A DNA stretch of 64,000 nt from an uncultured Prevotella sp. (GCA_900315695.1 ONAE01000005.1:1468-65467), one strand, 5' to 3'; counted from the stretch's first letter, positions 10,101 to 20,780 are shown. Notes: a model not told the origin generated them from the letters alone. Made by a program: numbers and translations.

Positions 10101-12584
10101 ATAGACGATATGCACGTCGGGAGCCGACGAGCCCACTTGAATGGTGACAGGCTTGCCGTCGGCAGGGAACTGGGTAGCTGACTGATAGAACCAGTCATCT
10201 GTCTCTGTAGCTGGCACCTGATCATTGAGGGCGAACACCACGAAGTCACGCTGCAGGGTATCGCCCTCACAGATAGCCTCAAGCGAATGTTTGCCACTCT
10301 TCAGTTTCTCACTGAGGACAACCGTCTGCTGTGTCTTCACCGCTTGCCACTGCCCTTTGTCGATACGATAACGCACACTGGCCTCAAGATCCTTACCTGC
10401 CGCATTCAACAGGTGGAACATCGTCTTGGGCTGATCATCGCGCAGCACCTTCTCTGGCAGATCGACACTCAACGCCTGCTTGCGGTTGCCGAGCGGCAGG
10501 GAGAGTTCACCATGATGTGTCTCACCCGCTGTGTCGGTGACATCGGCACTGACCACAAAGGTGTAGAACATCGGATGACTCGTCTCTGGCAGATCGAAAG
10601 GCACCTGAGCCTCAAACTGACCTGCTGCATCGGTCTTCGCCTCACCCTGATACACCTCTACCCCATCATGGCCATAGCCTAAGATGGCAGAATCCCAGTA
10701 GCGGCTGTACGACCACCACCAGAAGGCGGTACGACGGGTGACCTTATAACTGACCTTAGCCTCCTGCACTGGCACACCGGCATAGCTCAGAGCTGTGCCC
10801 TTCACCGTAATGGTGTCACCGGCGGCATAGGCTTGTTTCACTTCGGGGAAATCAACATGGAATGTGGGCCGCTTGTATTCCTCTACACGGATGACGTGTG
10901 ACTGGCCGTTGACACGTATCGTAAACTGTCCTGAGAGGCCAGTAGAAGGGATGGTGAGCTCAGTAGCACACGTACCGTATTCATCGGTCGTGGCAGGTTT
11001 CTCTGCCACTTTCTTGCCGTTGGCATCATTCAGCACAAAAGTCACGTGCTTATTCGTTGTCACCGCATGTTCCATTCCTTTCTGCACCTCATAGAGGATG
11101 GCAGCCGCATGGATGGTCTGACCGGGTCGATAGATACTCCGGTCGGTATAGATACAGGTCCGATGCACGTCATCCTGACCGTTGTAATAGCTGTATTGGT
11201 TGTTGGCATTGAGTTCGGGACAAGCCTTGTCATGCTCCGTATAGGCAAACACCTCACGCTGATAGCGCGGACGATCGGTCTTCAGGAGATACTCGCCCTT
11301 GGCATCCGTCACCACATTCAACACATGCTCATTGGCGTAGTTCTTTTCCCTGATACGCAGATGTGCCCCTGCAATGGGCTGTCCGGTAGAAGCCCTTACC
11401 ACAACATAGCGCAGGGCGTCAGGCTGGGACTCCATGATGGTATAAACGTCTGTGACGTAATAGAGGCTACGTACAGGCTCTGTACTTGGAGCGGTGGTAA
11501 ACTCCACCATATAGACACCTACAGGCAGACCTGGGAGTGTCAGAGAGTCCTCAAAGAGTTCATAGGGTTCCTTCCCCGAAAAAGTACGGGTCTCTTCGGC
11601 AGCCACACCCTTGATGAGCTTTTTCACCTTCTGGTAGCCGTAATCATAAGAAGGCGAGGCATCGAGATCACCATTGGCATCCAGACGATACACCTTCATC
11701 GTGACAGAAGAGAGGTGGCGCAGACGTTCGAGTTTCACTAGCTGCGACTGTTGGGGTGTCACCACCCGATGATGGTACGACACATGATACTGGGGATTGG
11801 TGAGTTCCTTCTCTGCATTGCGCAAAATACCGATTCGTTTCCAACTGCCCCACTGTTGAAGGGCCTCATGGATATAGGCGATACGCTCTGCCACGGGGAG
11901 CGCATACATCCGTTCATAACGGGCAATGGCGAGTTCGCCGCATTCCTTCAGGTCACGGTAGGCTGCAATGAGGGTATCGAGTTCCTCAATAGACGCATAG
12001 CGTTTCATCTGCGCCACAACGAGACAGGCGGCCTGTCGGTTACCTGTCTTTGTATAATAGTCGTAAAGCGGCTTCAGGTCGTCTAACTCATACCCCACGA
12101 CACTCAGCAGATCGTGGTTGAAATAGTGACTGTCAGCACCTTTTTGGACAAAGGGCTCATAAGTAACTTCCTTCACCTGAGCCAACTGTTCACAGATATG
12201 TGGCGTAAGTTCTGGACGCTTGGCCTGCATCTCCAGATCACCGTTGTTGTTGATCACCCGATAGAGGATTGTCTGATACATCAGTCTTAACACCTCATCC
12301 TGTGTCGTCTCACCACGTTGCTGAATCCGTTGTACGGCTGGCTTCAGGGAGTCTGGCGCAATCAGGCTCATCACCTGAGCAGCATTCAACTCAGCCTTCA
12401 GAAGTTGTCCGTAGGCTTTCTCTTGCTCAGCCTTGGTCACAATCTTCTGCAACACCTCATACTGGGTCTGGGGCAGGTCTTTCTGCTCTGCCTCATTTGC
12501 TTTTTTCCAAAGCTCACTATATGATTGTCCGAATAGCCACATAGGTAACATCATTACGACAAGCAAGAATACATATTTTCTCAT
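7173..12584 (-). CDS. Bacterial alpha-2-macroglobulin family protein
   Basis: YTDRSIYRPG, EEYKRPTF, VRENLNETAFFYPQL, LPESLTTWR, QPNVPRFLREGD and CAYAPEF motifs. Start at MRKYV. Confidence 0.93.
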   Translation of the reverse strand: MRKYVFLLVVMMLPMWLFGQSYSELWKKANEAEQKDLPQTQYEVLQKIVTKAEQEKAYGQLLKAELNAAQVMSLIAPDSLKPAVQRIQQRGETTQDEVLRLMYQTILYRVINNNGDLEMQAKRPELTPHICEQLAQVKEVTYEPFVQKGADSHYFNHDLLSVVGYELDDLKPLYDYYTKTGNRQAACLVVAQMKRYASIEELDTLIAAYRDLKECGELAIARYERMYALPVAERIAYIHEALQQWGSWKRIGILRNAEKELTNPQYHVSYHHRVVTPQQSQLVKLERLRHLSSVTMKVYRLDANGDLDASPSYDYGYQKVKKLIKGVAAEETRTFSGKEPYELFEDSLTLPGLPVGVYMVEFTTAPSTEPVRSLYYVTDVYTIMESQPDALRYVVVRASTGQPIAGAHLRIREKNYANEHVLNVVTDAKGEYLLKTDRPRYQREVFAYTEHDKACPELNANNQYSYYNGQDDVHRTCIYTDRSIYRPGQTIHAAAILYEVQKGMEHAVTTNKHVTFVLNDANGKKVAEKPATTDEYGTCATELTIPSTGLSGQFTIRVNGQSHVIRVEEYKRPTFHVDFPEVKQAYAAGDTITVKGTALSYAGVPVQEAKVSYKVTRRTAFWWWSYSRYWDSAILGYGHDGVEVYQGEAKTDAAGQFEAQVPFDLPETSHPMFYTFVVSADVTDTAGETHHGELSLPLGNRKQALSVDLPEKVLRDDQPKTMFHLLNAAGKDLEASVRYRIDKGQWQAVKTQQTVVLSEKLKSGKHSLEAICEGDTLQRDFVVFALNDQVPATETDDWFYQSATQFPADGKPVTIQVGSSAPDVHIVYSIFAGEKVLESGAVDRNNQLINRQFVYKDDYENGLLLTFAWVKDGQCYTHTAQIKRPLPDKKLKLQWTTFRDRLKPGQQEEWTLTVLDPQGKPVDAQLMATLYDQSLDQLQAHHWSLSPYYNLPMPHSHWTFPSRYEFSNGASFNWKRVNEGQLLFSVFDHSVYPTPYYGRYHLTRGTMMGSRMKMNKAAGMVMDEAMPMMAMAEVEEKAVQQESADETNEAVDEAPQEEGTVQVRENLNETAFFYPQLTTAADGSVVLKFTLPESLTTWRLLGLAHTKDLCYGTIEGLSVAQKDVMIQPNVPRFLREGDAATIAARIFNTSEKDLTGTAVLRLLNPETNAVVVELKQSVALKAGGTTPVAFDLDPASLLTAQTSLLICQMTVSGTGFSDGEQHYLPILPATEHVTLTVPVTQHHPGVTTVDLSQLVPADATQPKLTVEYTNQPAWLMTQALSVVGTPDNDNAISLAAAYYANSLGRHILKQNPQAERAFQLWKQETDATSLTSALEKNLELKDLLLNETPWVLEADNESEQKQRMGDFFDENLMQNRLQQSLDKLRKLQRSNGAWSWWPEMPGSFYMTVSISEMLVRLNAMTGENKETAQMLSSAFKFMGKEIIEEVNEMKKWAKKGHKPTFPSFKALQWLYLATLDGRELPADVQAANAYLMPLLKKEIKNQSLYEKALTAIILSKTEPKRAAEYVQSLKEYTVYREDMGRYYDTPRAGYSWFDYKIPTQTVAIEAMQRLTPADTETISEMQRWLLQSKRTQAWDTPINSVNAVYAFLQGSNALAPQELAVLKVDEKPLELPKATAGIGYVKTNVSADSKTLTIEKSSEGTSWGAVYAQFMQPTKSVEAASSGLTVTRELLTKGELKVGDRVKVRITITADRDYDFVQVIDRRAACMEPVRQLSGYTQGAYCTPKDCSTNYYIDMLSKGKHVIETEYYIDRTGTYETGLCTVGCAYAPEFRGTAKSMTIKVKK

Positions 12585-12706
12585 ATTCACATATTTATTT
12601 GGCAAAGGTAAAGTTTTTATTTGAATTTCATTTGGAAATTATGAATTATTATATTATCTTTGAATTTCATTCGAAGATACTAGCGCTTGAAAAAAATCAA
12701 ATAAAA

Positions 12707-12738
12707 TTTGTTTTTTTGCTCGCTTATTCGTATCTTTG
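12707..12738 (+). promoter_or_regulatory. Primary-sigma promoter of the acyl-CoA ligase gene
   Basis: TTTG (12707), 20-bp spacer, TATCTTTG (12731). Confidence 0.7.
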
Positions 12739-12762
12739 CACCTAACAAATATTGCAGCTAAT

Positions 12763-14823
12763 ATGATCAATGAACAATTGCTCAATCCAAGGAGTATCGT
12801 CGTGATTGGCGGCTCTAATAATGTGCACAAGCCTGGTGGTGCCATCGTCAGAAACATCATCAATGGCGGTTATCAGGGAGAACTCAACATCGTCAACCCG
12901 AAGGAAGACGACGTGCAGGGTATCAAAGCCTGTCACGATGTGAAGGATCTGCCACAGACGGATCTGGCTGTGCTTGTGGTGGCTGCGAGGTTCTGTCCCG
13001 ACTATGTCGAATACCTCTGTCGTGAGAAGGGCGTCAGGGCGTTTGTGATTATCTCGGCAGGCTTCGGTGAGGAGACGCATGAGGGCGCGCTGCTCGAACA
13101 GCGCATCCTGGATGCCTGTGAACAGTATGGGGCTGCCCTAATCGGTCCGAACTGCATTGGTCTGTTGAACCGCAACCACCATAGCGTGTTCACGCTCCCC
13201 ATCCCGAATCTGAATCCGAAGGGGGTTGACTTCATCAGCGGCTCTGGTGCGACGGCGGTGTTCATCCTGGAGAGTGCCGTTATCAAAGGCTTGCAGTTCA
13301 ACAGTGTGTGGAGCATCGGCAATGGCAAACAGATTGGCATTGAGGATGTGTTGCAGTATATGGACGAGCACTTCGATCCTGAGACCGATTCCAGGGTCAA
13401 ACTCCTGTATATCGAGAATATCTCCAACCCCGACAAGCTGCTCTTCCATGCCAGCAGCCTCATCAAGAAAGGCTGTCGCATCGCAGCCATCAAAGCTGGT
13501 TCGTCGGAGAGTGGCAGTAGGGCGGCATCCTCTCATACAGGTGCAATCGCCTCTTCTGATGCGGCAGTAGAAGCTCTTTTCCGTAAGGCGGGCATCGTAC
13601 GATGTTTCTCACGAGAGGAACTGACGACCGTCGGTTGTATCTTCACCCTCCCACCTCTGAAAGGAAAGAACTTCGCCATTGTCACGCATGCAGGCGGCCC
13701 TGGTGTGATGCTCACGGATGCCCTGTCAAAAGGTGGTCTGAATGTGCCGAAGCTTGAAGGTCCTCTAGCGGAAGAACTCAAGGAGAAGCTCTTCCCTGGT
13801 TCAGCAGTGGCAAACCCCATCGACTTCCTGGCCACTGGCACACCCGAGCAGTTAGGCATCGTGATCGACTATTGTGAGAACAAGTTCGAAGAGATCGATG
13901 CGATTGCCGTGATCTATGGCACCCCCGGACTCACCCGACTCTTTGAGGCCTATGATGTGCTGGATCAGAAAATCAAGGAATGTAAGAAACCGATCTTCCC
14001 GATATTACCTAGTCTGCATACGGCAGGACCGGAAGTAGAGGCATTCCTGAAACGCGGGCATGTGAACTTCAGCGACGAGGTGACGCTGGCCACAGCCCTC
14101 TCACAGGTCATGCGCACGCCCCAGCCTGCTCCCCCGGAGGTACAACTCTATGGCATCGATATCCCCAGACTCAATAAGATCATCTTTGACATCCATACCA
14201 ACGGCTATGTCCAGCCACAGGTTGTACGTGAGATTCTGGAATGTGCGGGTATTCCGCTGGTACCAGAACTGGTGAGCACGTCGAAAGACGAGCTCATCAC
14301 CTTTGCCCAGAAGGTGGGCTTCCCGGTGGTGGCCAAGGTGGTGGGACCTGTCCATAAGAGTGATGTGGGCGGTGTTGCCCTGAACATCCGTACAGCGGAA
14401 CATCTGGCTTTGGAATACGACCGTATGATGCAGATTGAAGGGGCTACAGGGGTCATGGTCCAGAAGATGTTGAAGGGTACCGAACTCTTCATTGGCGCCA
14501 AATATGAGGAGCGCTTCGGCCATGTGGTACTCTGTGGCTTAGGCGGCATCTTTGTGGAGGTACTAAAGGACGTATCGTCTGGTTTGGCACCGCTCTCCTA
14601 TGGCGAGACCTTTTCGATGATCCACTCCCTACGGGGGTATAAGATTCTGAAGGGCACACGTGGCCAGAAGGGCATCAACGAACAGAAATATGCCGAGATC
14701 ATCGTACGTCTCTCTACCCTCCTCCGCTTTGCCACGGAGATCAAGGAGATGGATCTTAACCCGTTGTTGGCGGATGAGAACGGAGTAGTAGCTGTGGATG
14801 CACGAATATTGATTGAGAAATGA
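12763..14823 (+). CDS. ADP-forming acetate/acyl-CoA ligase (fused alpha/beta)
   Basis: PRSIVVIGGS, GPNCIG, ASSHTGAIA phospho-His motif, NPIDFLA and ATP-grasp HKSDVGGV/MDLNP. Confidence 0.9.
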   Translation: MINEQLLNPRSIVVIGGSNNVHKPGGAIVRNIINGGYQGELNIVNPKEDDVQGIKACHDVKDLPQTDLAVLVVAARFCPDYVEYLCREKGVRAFVIISAGFGEETHEGALLEQRILDACEQYGAALIGPNCIGLLNRNHHSVFTLPIPNLNPKGVDFISGSGATAVFILESAVIKGLQFNSVWSIGNGKQIGIEDVLQYMDEHFDPETDSRVKLLYIENISNPDKLLFHASSLIKKGCRIAAIKAGSSESGSRAASSHTGAIASSDAAVEALFRKAGIVRCFSREELTTVGCIFTLPPLKGKNFAIVTHAGGPGVMLTDALSKGGLNVPKLEGPLAEELKEKLFPGSAVANPIDFLATGTPEQLGIVIDYCENKFEEIDAIAVIYGTPGLTRLFEAYDVLDQKIKECKKPIFPILPSLHTAGPEVEAFLKRGHVNFSDEVTLATALSQVMRTPQPAPPEVQLYGIDIPRLNKIIFDIHTNGYVQPQVVREILECAGIPLVPELVSTSKDELITFAQKVGFPVVAKVVGPVHKSDVGGVALNIRTAEHLALEYDRMMQIEGATGVMVQKMLKGTELFIGAKYEERFGHVVLCGLGGIFVEVLKDVSSGLAPLSYGETFSMIHSLRGYKILKGTRGQKGINEQKYAEIIVRLSTLLRFATEIKEMDLNPLLADENGVVAVDARILIEK

Positions 14824-15980
14824 GAACAGCGATCGTAGGCGGAGGCGCTGCGGGATTCTTCCTGGCGATCAACCTCAAGGAGATGATGCCGACGATGGAA
14901 GTGACGATCTTTGAGAAGTCGAAGAAGGTACTGGCGAAGGTGGAGGTCTCTGGCGGTGGACGCTGCAACTGCACGAATTCTTTTGCGGACGTACGTGACC
15001 TCTCACAGGTCTATCCTCGTGGGCACCGGTTGATGAAGCGGCTCTTTAAGACCTTCAACTATCGGGATGCCTATGCCTGGTTCGAACAGCATGGGGTCCG
15101 ACTGGTCACACAGGATGATGCCTGTGTGTTCCCAGCCTCACAGGATTCGCATACGATCATCAACCTCTTCTTGGCTGAAGCCCGACGACATCACATCGAT
15201 ATCCGCACGCAAACCAAGATTGAGCGCCTCGATCAATTAAAGGATTTTGATTATATCGCTGTGACGACAGGTGGTGGCACGGCCTCTATGGCTGGTGTTC
15301 CCATCATCGAACCTGTTCCTTCGCTGTTTACCTTCAGCATTGAAGACGAGGCCCTGCGTGCCCTGATGGGAACGGTGGTGGAAGAGGCGACAGCCTATAT
15401 CCCCGGCACGAACTTCAAAGCCTCCGGTCCGCTGCTCATCACCCACTGGGGCATGAGCGGCCCTGCCATCCTACGCCTCTCGAGTTATGCTGCCCGTGAG
15501 TTGCACGAGCATCAGTACCAGATGCCGCTGGCTGTCAACTGGTGCAGCGAGAAGGATGCGGCAGTACAGGCGGAGTTGCAGGCAATCATCACCCAGCATC
15601 CCCAAAAGCAACTGCCTACGATACGGCCTTTCAACCTCCCGGCCCGACTGTGGAACTATCTTCTCGAGAAGACCTTAGGGGAAAGGGCGCAGTATCGCTG
15701 GCAGCATCTCACACAAAAGGATCTGAACCGTTTGACCAACTGCCTCTGTAACGACAACTATCAGATTGCCGGTCGGGCCGCTTTCAAGGATGAGTTTGTC
15801 ACCTGCGGGGGTGTCAGTCTCTCAGCTGTCGATGCGAACACCTTAGAAAGCAAGCACCTCCCCCACGTCTTTTTCGCAGGAGAGGTACTGGATATCGATG
15901 GTGTCACAGGCGGTTTTAATTTTCAGGCCGCATGGACCACTGCTTACGTCGTGGCACAGGCCATTGCCCGTCACGAATAA
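14820..15980 (+). CDS. HI0933/YhiN-family flavoprotein oxidoreductase
   Basis: GGGAAG, SGGGRCNCTN, LLITHWGMSGPA, VTCGGV and GEVLDIDGVTGGFNFQAA motifs. Confidence 0.9.
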   Translation: MRTAIVGGGAAGFFLAINLKEMMPTMEVTIFEKSKKVLAKVEVSGGGRCNCTNSFADVRDLSQVYPRGHRLMKRLFKTFNYRDAYAWFEQHGVRLVTQDDACVFPASQDSHTIINLFLAEARRHHIDIRTQTKIERLDQLKDFDYIAVTTGGGTASMAGVPIIEPVPSLFTFSIEDEALRALMGTVVEEATAYIPGTNFKASGPLLITHWGMSGPAILRLSSYAARELHEHQYQMPLAVNWCSEKDAAVQAELQAIITQHPQKQLPTIRPFNLPARLWNYLLEKTLGERAQYRWQHLTQKDLNRLTNCLCNDNYQIAGRAAFKDEFVTCGGVSLSAVDANTLESKHLPHVFFAGEVLDIDGVTGGFNFQAAWTTAYVVAQAIARHE

Positions 15981-15983
15981 ACC

Positions 15984-16208
15984 TTATTTCAACTTCGACT
16001 CAACAAGAGCTTCCAAGCTGTCGAGTGATTTCAGATTACGCGGGGTGGCGTCTGTGGCTTCTAGTCTGATGCCATAGGCATCGGAGAGAACCATCAGGAT
16101 GGTGGTCACGCCTAAGGAGTCGAGTTCACTGAAGAGGAAGTCGGAGTCGAAATCCACTAAGGGCAAGGCGTCTTCCAATAATTCTTTAATATGTTCTTTT
16201 TCTTTCAT
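15984..16208 (-). CDS. Acyl carrier protein
   Basis: 74 aa, acidic, DSL phosphopantetheine site, co-transcribed with a ketosynthase. Confidence 0.8.
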   Translation of the reverse strand: MKEKEHIKELLEDALPLVDFDSDFLFSELDSLGVTTILMVLSDAYGIRLEATDATPRNLKSLDSLEALVESKLK

Positions 16209-17425
16209 ATGCTTTGAATGATTAATGCACTGTTAGTACCTCCGAAGCCGAACGAGTTGCTGAGTACGGTATGTACCTCGGTCTCTATCGTCTTGGTGGC
16301 AAGGTTCAAAGGTTCGGTGTATGGGTCGGGCGCTTCGAAGTTGATGTTCGGCGCCACGAAGTGATGCTGCATCATCAGGATGCTATAGACGATCTCTGAG
16401 GCACCTGCCATCCAACACTCATGACCTGTCATCGACTTCGTCGAGCTGATCAGGGCGTGCTGTCCGTGGAACAGCCGGTTGAGGGCGATAGCCTCATACA
16501 TATCACCCTGTGGTGTCGAGGTGGCATGGGCGTTGATATAGTCGATGTCACTCACATCCAGTCCTGCCGCTTTCAGGGCGCGGGTCATAGCGATCACACT
16601 ACCGTCCTCACTGGGTTCGGAGATACCGCCGCCATTACCTGAGAAGCCATAGCCTGTAACCTCGGCCAAAATTGTCGCACCACGGGCAATGGCATGGTCA
16701 TAGTCCTCCAACACCAGGGCTGCTGCACCCCCACTGGGAACCAAGCCGTCACGATCTTTATCAAAGGGACGACTGGCCTTTGCCGGTTCATCCATCCTGA
16801 CGGAGAAGACACCTAAGGCATCAAATGAGGTCATCGAATAGGGATTGGTCTCTTGCGCACCACCACAGAGCACCATCTCCTGCAGGCCCTGTTGGATGAG
16901 CATCGCCCCCAGTCCGATGGAATGACTGCCACTGGAACAGGCGGCACTGACGGTGAAGTTCACGCCTCTCAGATGGAAGATCTGCGTCAGGTTCATCGTC
17001 ACCGTCGAGTTCATCGACTGGAACACACGTCCATAGCCTAACAGGGCGGTGTCATGTTGTTCATCCACCAGCATGGCAGCCTCACGCACAGCTTTGGCTG
17101 AAGAGTCATTGCCGAAGATACAGCCGATCTCATGCTGACGCAGGTAGTCATCATCGATCCGCGCCTGTTCGAAGGCCTGCCGCGAGGCCATATAGGCATA
17201 CTGTGCCTCTTCCGACATCCCGGCACGGGTATGGCGGTCTAACATCTGTTTGGTGATGACAGGCGTCTCCACCAGTCCTGTCAGACCCGAGCGATAGCCA
17301 TAGGCGATACGATCCTGATCGAGCACAATACCTGACCTACCCTGAAAGAGCGACTCCTTTACAGTCTCCAGATCAGTACCTAAGCACGACCAAATCCCCA
17401 TCCCCGTGATGACGACCCTTCTCAT
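16205..17425 (-). CDS. Beta-ketoacyl-ACP synthase (FabB/F-like)
   Basis: SAAC catalytic Cys, INAHATST, KSMTGH and NSFGFGGTN motifs. Confidence 0.92.
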   Translation of the reverse strand: MRRVVITGMGIWSCLGTDLETVKESLFQGRSGIVLDQDRIAYGYRSGLTGLVETPVITKQMLDRHTRAGMSEEAQYAYMASRQAFEQARIDDDYLRQHEIGCIFGNDSSAKAVREAAMLVDEQHDTALLGYGRVFQSMNSTVTMNLTQIFHLRGVNFTVSAACSSGSHSIGLGAMLIQQGLQEMVLCGGAQETNPYSMTSFDALGVFSVRMDEPAKASRPFDKDRDGLVPSGGAAALVLEDYDHAIARGATILAEVTGYGFSGNGGGISEPSEDGSVIAMTRALKAAGLDVSDIDYINAHATSTPQGDMYEAIALNRLFHGQHALISSTKSMTGHECWMAGASEIVYSILMMQHHFVAPNINFEAPDPYTEPLNLATKTIETEVHTVLSNSFGFGGTNSALIIQSI

Positions 17426-17445
17426 TTTCCCTATTCACTCTTATC

Positions 17446-18177
17446 TTAAGTATAGAGTCCACCGTTAATGTTAATCACCTCACCAGTGATATAACCAGCC
17501 TCATCTGAAGCCAGGAAGGCAGCCAGTGCAGCAACTTCCTCAGGCTTACCGAAACGAGCTGTCGGAATCATCTTCTTCAGGTCATCCACAGGCAGATCCT
17601 TCGTCATATCGGTCTCGATAAATCCCGGTGCGATGGCATTCACGGTGATGTTACGGGGTCCTACCTCCTGGGCCAGTGACTTGGTGGCACCGATGATGGC
17701 AGCCTTCGCAGCACTGTAGTTAGCCTGTCCGGGCAGACCCTTCACACCTGACAGAGAGGCCATGTTGATGATACGACCACCGCGCTTACGAGGCATCATG
17801 TGCTTCAGCAGATGACGGGTGATATAGAAATAGCCATTCAGGGTGGTGTCGAGCACACTATGCCACTCTTCATCCGACATCATGAACAGCACGTTGTCAC
17901 GACGGATACCGGCATTATTCACCAGACAACCGAACCAGTCCTCAGGATGAGCTTCCTCCCACTGTGTCAGGGCAGTCTCAATAGCCTTGGGATCACTGGT
18001 GTCGAAGGGCAACAGCTCTGCTGTGCCGCCATTGGCAGCAATCTCATCAGCCACCTCTTGGGCAGCTGCTTTGTTACTCAGGAAATTAATCACAACAGGC
18101 CAGCCTGCAGCAGCAAGGCGCAGGGCGACAGCCTTTCCAATACCTCGGGATGCACCCGTCACTAATGCGTATTTCAT
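17446..18177 (-). CDS. fabG: 3-oxoacyl-ACP reductase
   Basis: TGASRGIG, NNAGI, YSAAK, APGFIETDMT and INGG motifs. Confidence 0.88.
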   Translation of the reverse strand: MKYALVTGASRGIGKAVALRLAAAGWPVVINFLSNKAAAQEVADEIAANGGTAELLPFDTSDPKAIETALTQWEEAHPEDWFGCLVNNAGIRRDNVLFMMSDEEWHSVLDTTLNGYFYITRHLLKHMMPRKRGGRIINMASLSGVKGLPGQANYSAAKAAIIGATKSLAQEVGPRNITVNAIAPGFIETDMTKDLPVDDLKKMIPTARFGKPEEVAALAAFLASDEAGYITGEVININGGLYT

Positions 18178-18341
18178 CACGTTTTCAATCTACATAATTA
18201 AAAATAATGTGCAAAAGTAATCCTTTTCAGCCAAATATCCAAAAAATCAACCCAAAACTTACTTTTTCTTGTAAAAAATGCGATGCATATCCAGAAGTTT
18301 TTGTATCTTTGCCCGAAAAATCATATCTAACTTACACGATT

Positions 18342-20780
18342 ATGGAACAGAAACGTTACGGTCATTTCGACGACCAGCATCGCGAGTATGTCATCACAGA
18401 CCCGCAGACCCCTTGGCCCTGGATCAACTATCTGGGCAATGAGGATTTTTTCTCACTCATCTCTAATACCGCAGGTGGTTACAGCTTCTATAAGGATGCT
18501 AAGTTCCGCCGTATCACCCGCTATCGCTACAACAACGTGCCGATGGACAATGGCGGACGTTATTTCTACATCAAAGATGGCGATACCGTGTGGAATCCTG
18601 GTTGGAAACCCTGTAAGACTCCGCTTGACTTCTACGAGTGCCGTCATGGCATGAGCTACACCCGTATCACGGGTAAGAAAAACGGTGTAGAAGCTTCTGT
18701 ACTCTTCTTCGTACCCCTGAAGAAATGGTGCGAGGTGCAGAAACTCACACTCAAGAACGACAGTAACGAGACAAAGAGCTTAAAACTCTTCTCTTTCGAG
18801 GAATGGTGTCTGTGGAATGCAGCTACCGATATGGAAAATTTCCAGCGTAATTTCTCAACAGGTGAAGTGGAGATTGAAAACTCGACGATTTATCATAAGA
18901 CCGAATATCGTGAGCGTCGTAACCACTACGCATTCTATCATGTGAATGCCCCCATTCAGGGCTTTGATACCGACCGTGAGACCTTCGTAGGCCTCTACAA
19001 CGAGTTCGCTAATCCCGATGCAGTTATGGAGGGTAAGCCCCGTAACAGTCATGCACATGGCTGGAGCCCGATTGCCTCACATTATATCGAGGTGACCCTG
19101 AAGCCCGGTGAGAGCAAGGACTTCGTCTTCCTGCTCGGTTATATTGAAAACGAACAGGATGAGAAGTTTGAGGCCCCTCAGGTGATCAATAAGAAGAAGG
19201 CGCACGCCCTCATTGCAGAGCTCGACACCACCGAGAAGGTGGACAAGGCCTTTGCAGCCCTCTGCGAGTACTGGGATGCGCTTCTTAATATCTATAAGGT
19301 CAAGACAGGCAACGACAAGCTCGACCGTATGGTGAACATCTGGAACCAGTACCAGTGTATGGTCACCTTCAACTTCTCACGCAGTGCCAGCTTCTTCGAG
19401 AGCGGTGTAGGTCGTGGCATGGGCTTCCGCGATTCCAATCAGGATCTCGTGGGCTTCGTGCATCAGATCCCCCCACGTGCCCGTCAGCGTATCATCGACA
19501 TCGCTTCCACGCAGTTCCCTGATGGCGGTTGCTACCATCAGTACCAGCCCCTGACAAAGCGCGGTAACAATGATATCGGCGGTGGCTTCAATGATGATCC
19601 CTGCTGGCTTATCTTCGGTACTGTAGCTTATATCAAAGAGACAGGCGACTTCTCGATCCTCGATGAGATGGTGCCCTTCGACAACCAGCCCGGTACGGAG
19701 GTGACCCTCTTCGACCACCTGAAGATCTCGATGGATCATGTGATCAAGAACCTCGGTCCTCACATGTTGCCGTTGATTGGTCGTGCCGACTGGAACGACT
19801 GTCTGAACCTGAACTGCTTCTCCTGGGATCCCAATGAGAGCTTCCAGACCACTGAGAATGTGTCTGAGGGCACCAAGGCAGAGTCGTTGATGATTGCAGG
19901 TCTCTTCGTAGTCACTGGTAAGGACTATGTGGCCCTCTGTAAGAAGATCGGTAAGACCGACGAGGCTGCCCGCATGCAGCAGGCTGTCGATGCGATGATC
20001 GAGGCTGTGAAGAAACATGGCTGGGATGGTGAGTGGTATCTCCGTGCCTACGACTTCTATGGTCGTAAGATCGGTTCCAACGAGTGCGACGAGGCCAAGA
20101 TCTTCATCGAGAGTCAGGGTTGGTGTACAATGGCAGAGATCGGTGCCGAGGACGGCATGGTGGCTAAGTCACTCGACTCTTGTAAGAAGTACCTCGAGTG
20201 CGAGCATGGTATGGTATTGAATAACCCTGCCTTCAGCAAGTACATCTACGAGTATGGTGAGATTTCTTCTTATCCCGAAGGTTATAAGGAGAACGCCGGT
20301 ATCTTCTGTCATAACAATCCCTGGGTGATCATCGGTGAGTGTATCGCAGGCCGTGGTAACGATGCCTGGAGTCACTACGCGAAGATCCTGCCTTCTTACG
20401 TGGAGGAGAAATACCAGACGCTCCATAAGGTGGAGCCATACGTGAACTGTCAGATGGTAGCCGGTAAGGATGCCTTCAAACCCGGTGAGGGTAAAAACTC
20501 CTGGCTCACAGGTACAGCCGCTTGGATGTGGTACACGGTATCAGAGTTTATCCTCGGTATCAAACCCGACTACGATGGTATCCGCATCGATCCCTGTCTG
20601 CCAGAGACAGCCACCGACTATGTGGTAACCCGTAAGTTCCGTGAGGCAGAATATGAGATTACCATCCATCCGAACGGCAGTCAGAAGGGTGTGAAGAGCA
20701 TCACCCTCGACGGCAAACCGGTTGATGGCACCGTCATCCCATACGCTGCTGGCAAGCACACCGTAGAAGTGACGATGTAA
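18342..20780 (+). CDS. GH94 glycoside phosphorylase (cellobiose/chitobiose phosphorylase-like)
   Basis: [23 protein letters not shown] catalytic Asp, KENAGIFCH and SWLTGTAAW motifs. TATCTTTG at 18304. Confidence 0.9.
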   Translation: MEQKRYGHFDDQHREYVITDPQTPWPWINYLGNEDFFSLISNTAGGYSFYKDAKFRRITRYRYNNVPMDNGGRYFYIKDGDTVWNPGWKPCKTPLDFYECRHGMSYTRITGKKNGVEASVLFFVPLKKWCEVQKLTLKNDSNETKSLKLFSFEEWCLWNAATDMENFQRNFSTGEVEIENSTIYHKTEYRERRNHYAFYHVNAPIQGFDTDRETFVGLYNEFANPDAVMEGKPRNSHAHGWSPIASHYIEVTLKPGESKDFVFLLGYIENEQDEKFEAPQVINKKKAHALIAELDTTEKVDKAFAALCEYWDALLNIYKVKTGNDKLDRMVNIWNQYQCMVTFNFSRSASFFESGVGRGMGFRDSNQDLVGFVHQIPPRARQRIIDIASTQFPDGGCYHQYQPLTKRGNNDIGGGFNDDPCWLIFGTVAYIKETGDFSILDEMVPFDNQPGTEVTLFDHLKISMDHVIKNLGPHMLPLIGRADWNDCLNLNCFSWDPNESFQTTENVSEGTKAESLMIAGLFVVTGKDYVALCKKIGKTDEAARMQQAVDAMIEAVKKHGWDGEWYLRAYDFYGRKIGSNECDEAKIFIESQGWCTMAEIGAEDGMVAKSLDSCKKYLECEHGMVLNNPAFSKYIYEYGEISSYPEGYKENAGIFCHNNPWVIIGECIAGRGNDAWSHYAKILPSYVEEKYQTLHKVEPYVNCQMVAGKDAFKPGEGKNSWLTGTAAWMWYTVSEFILGIKPDYDGIRIDPCLPETATDYVVTRKFREAEYEITIHPNGSQKGVKSITLDGKPVDGTVIPYAAGKHTVEVTM

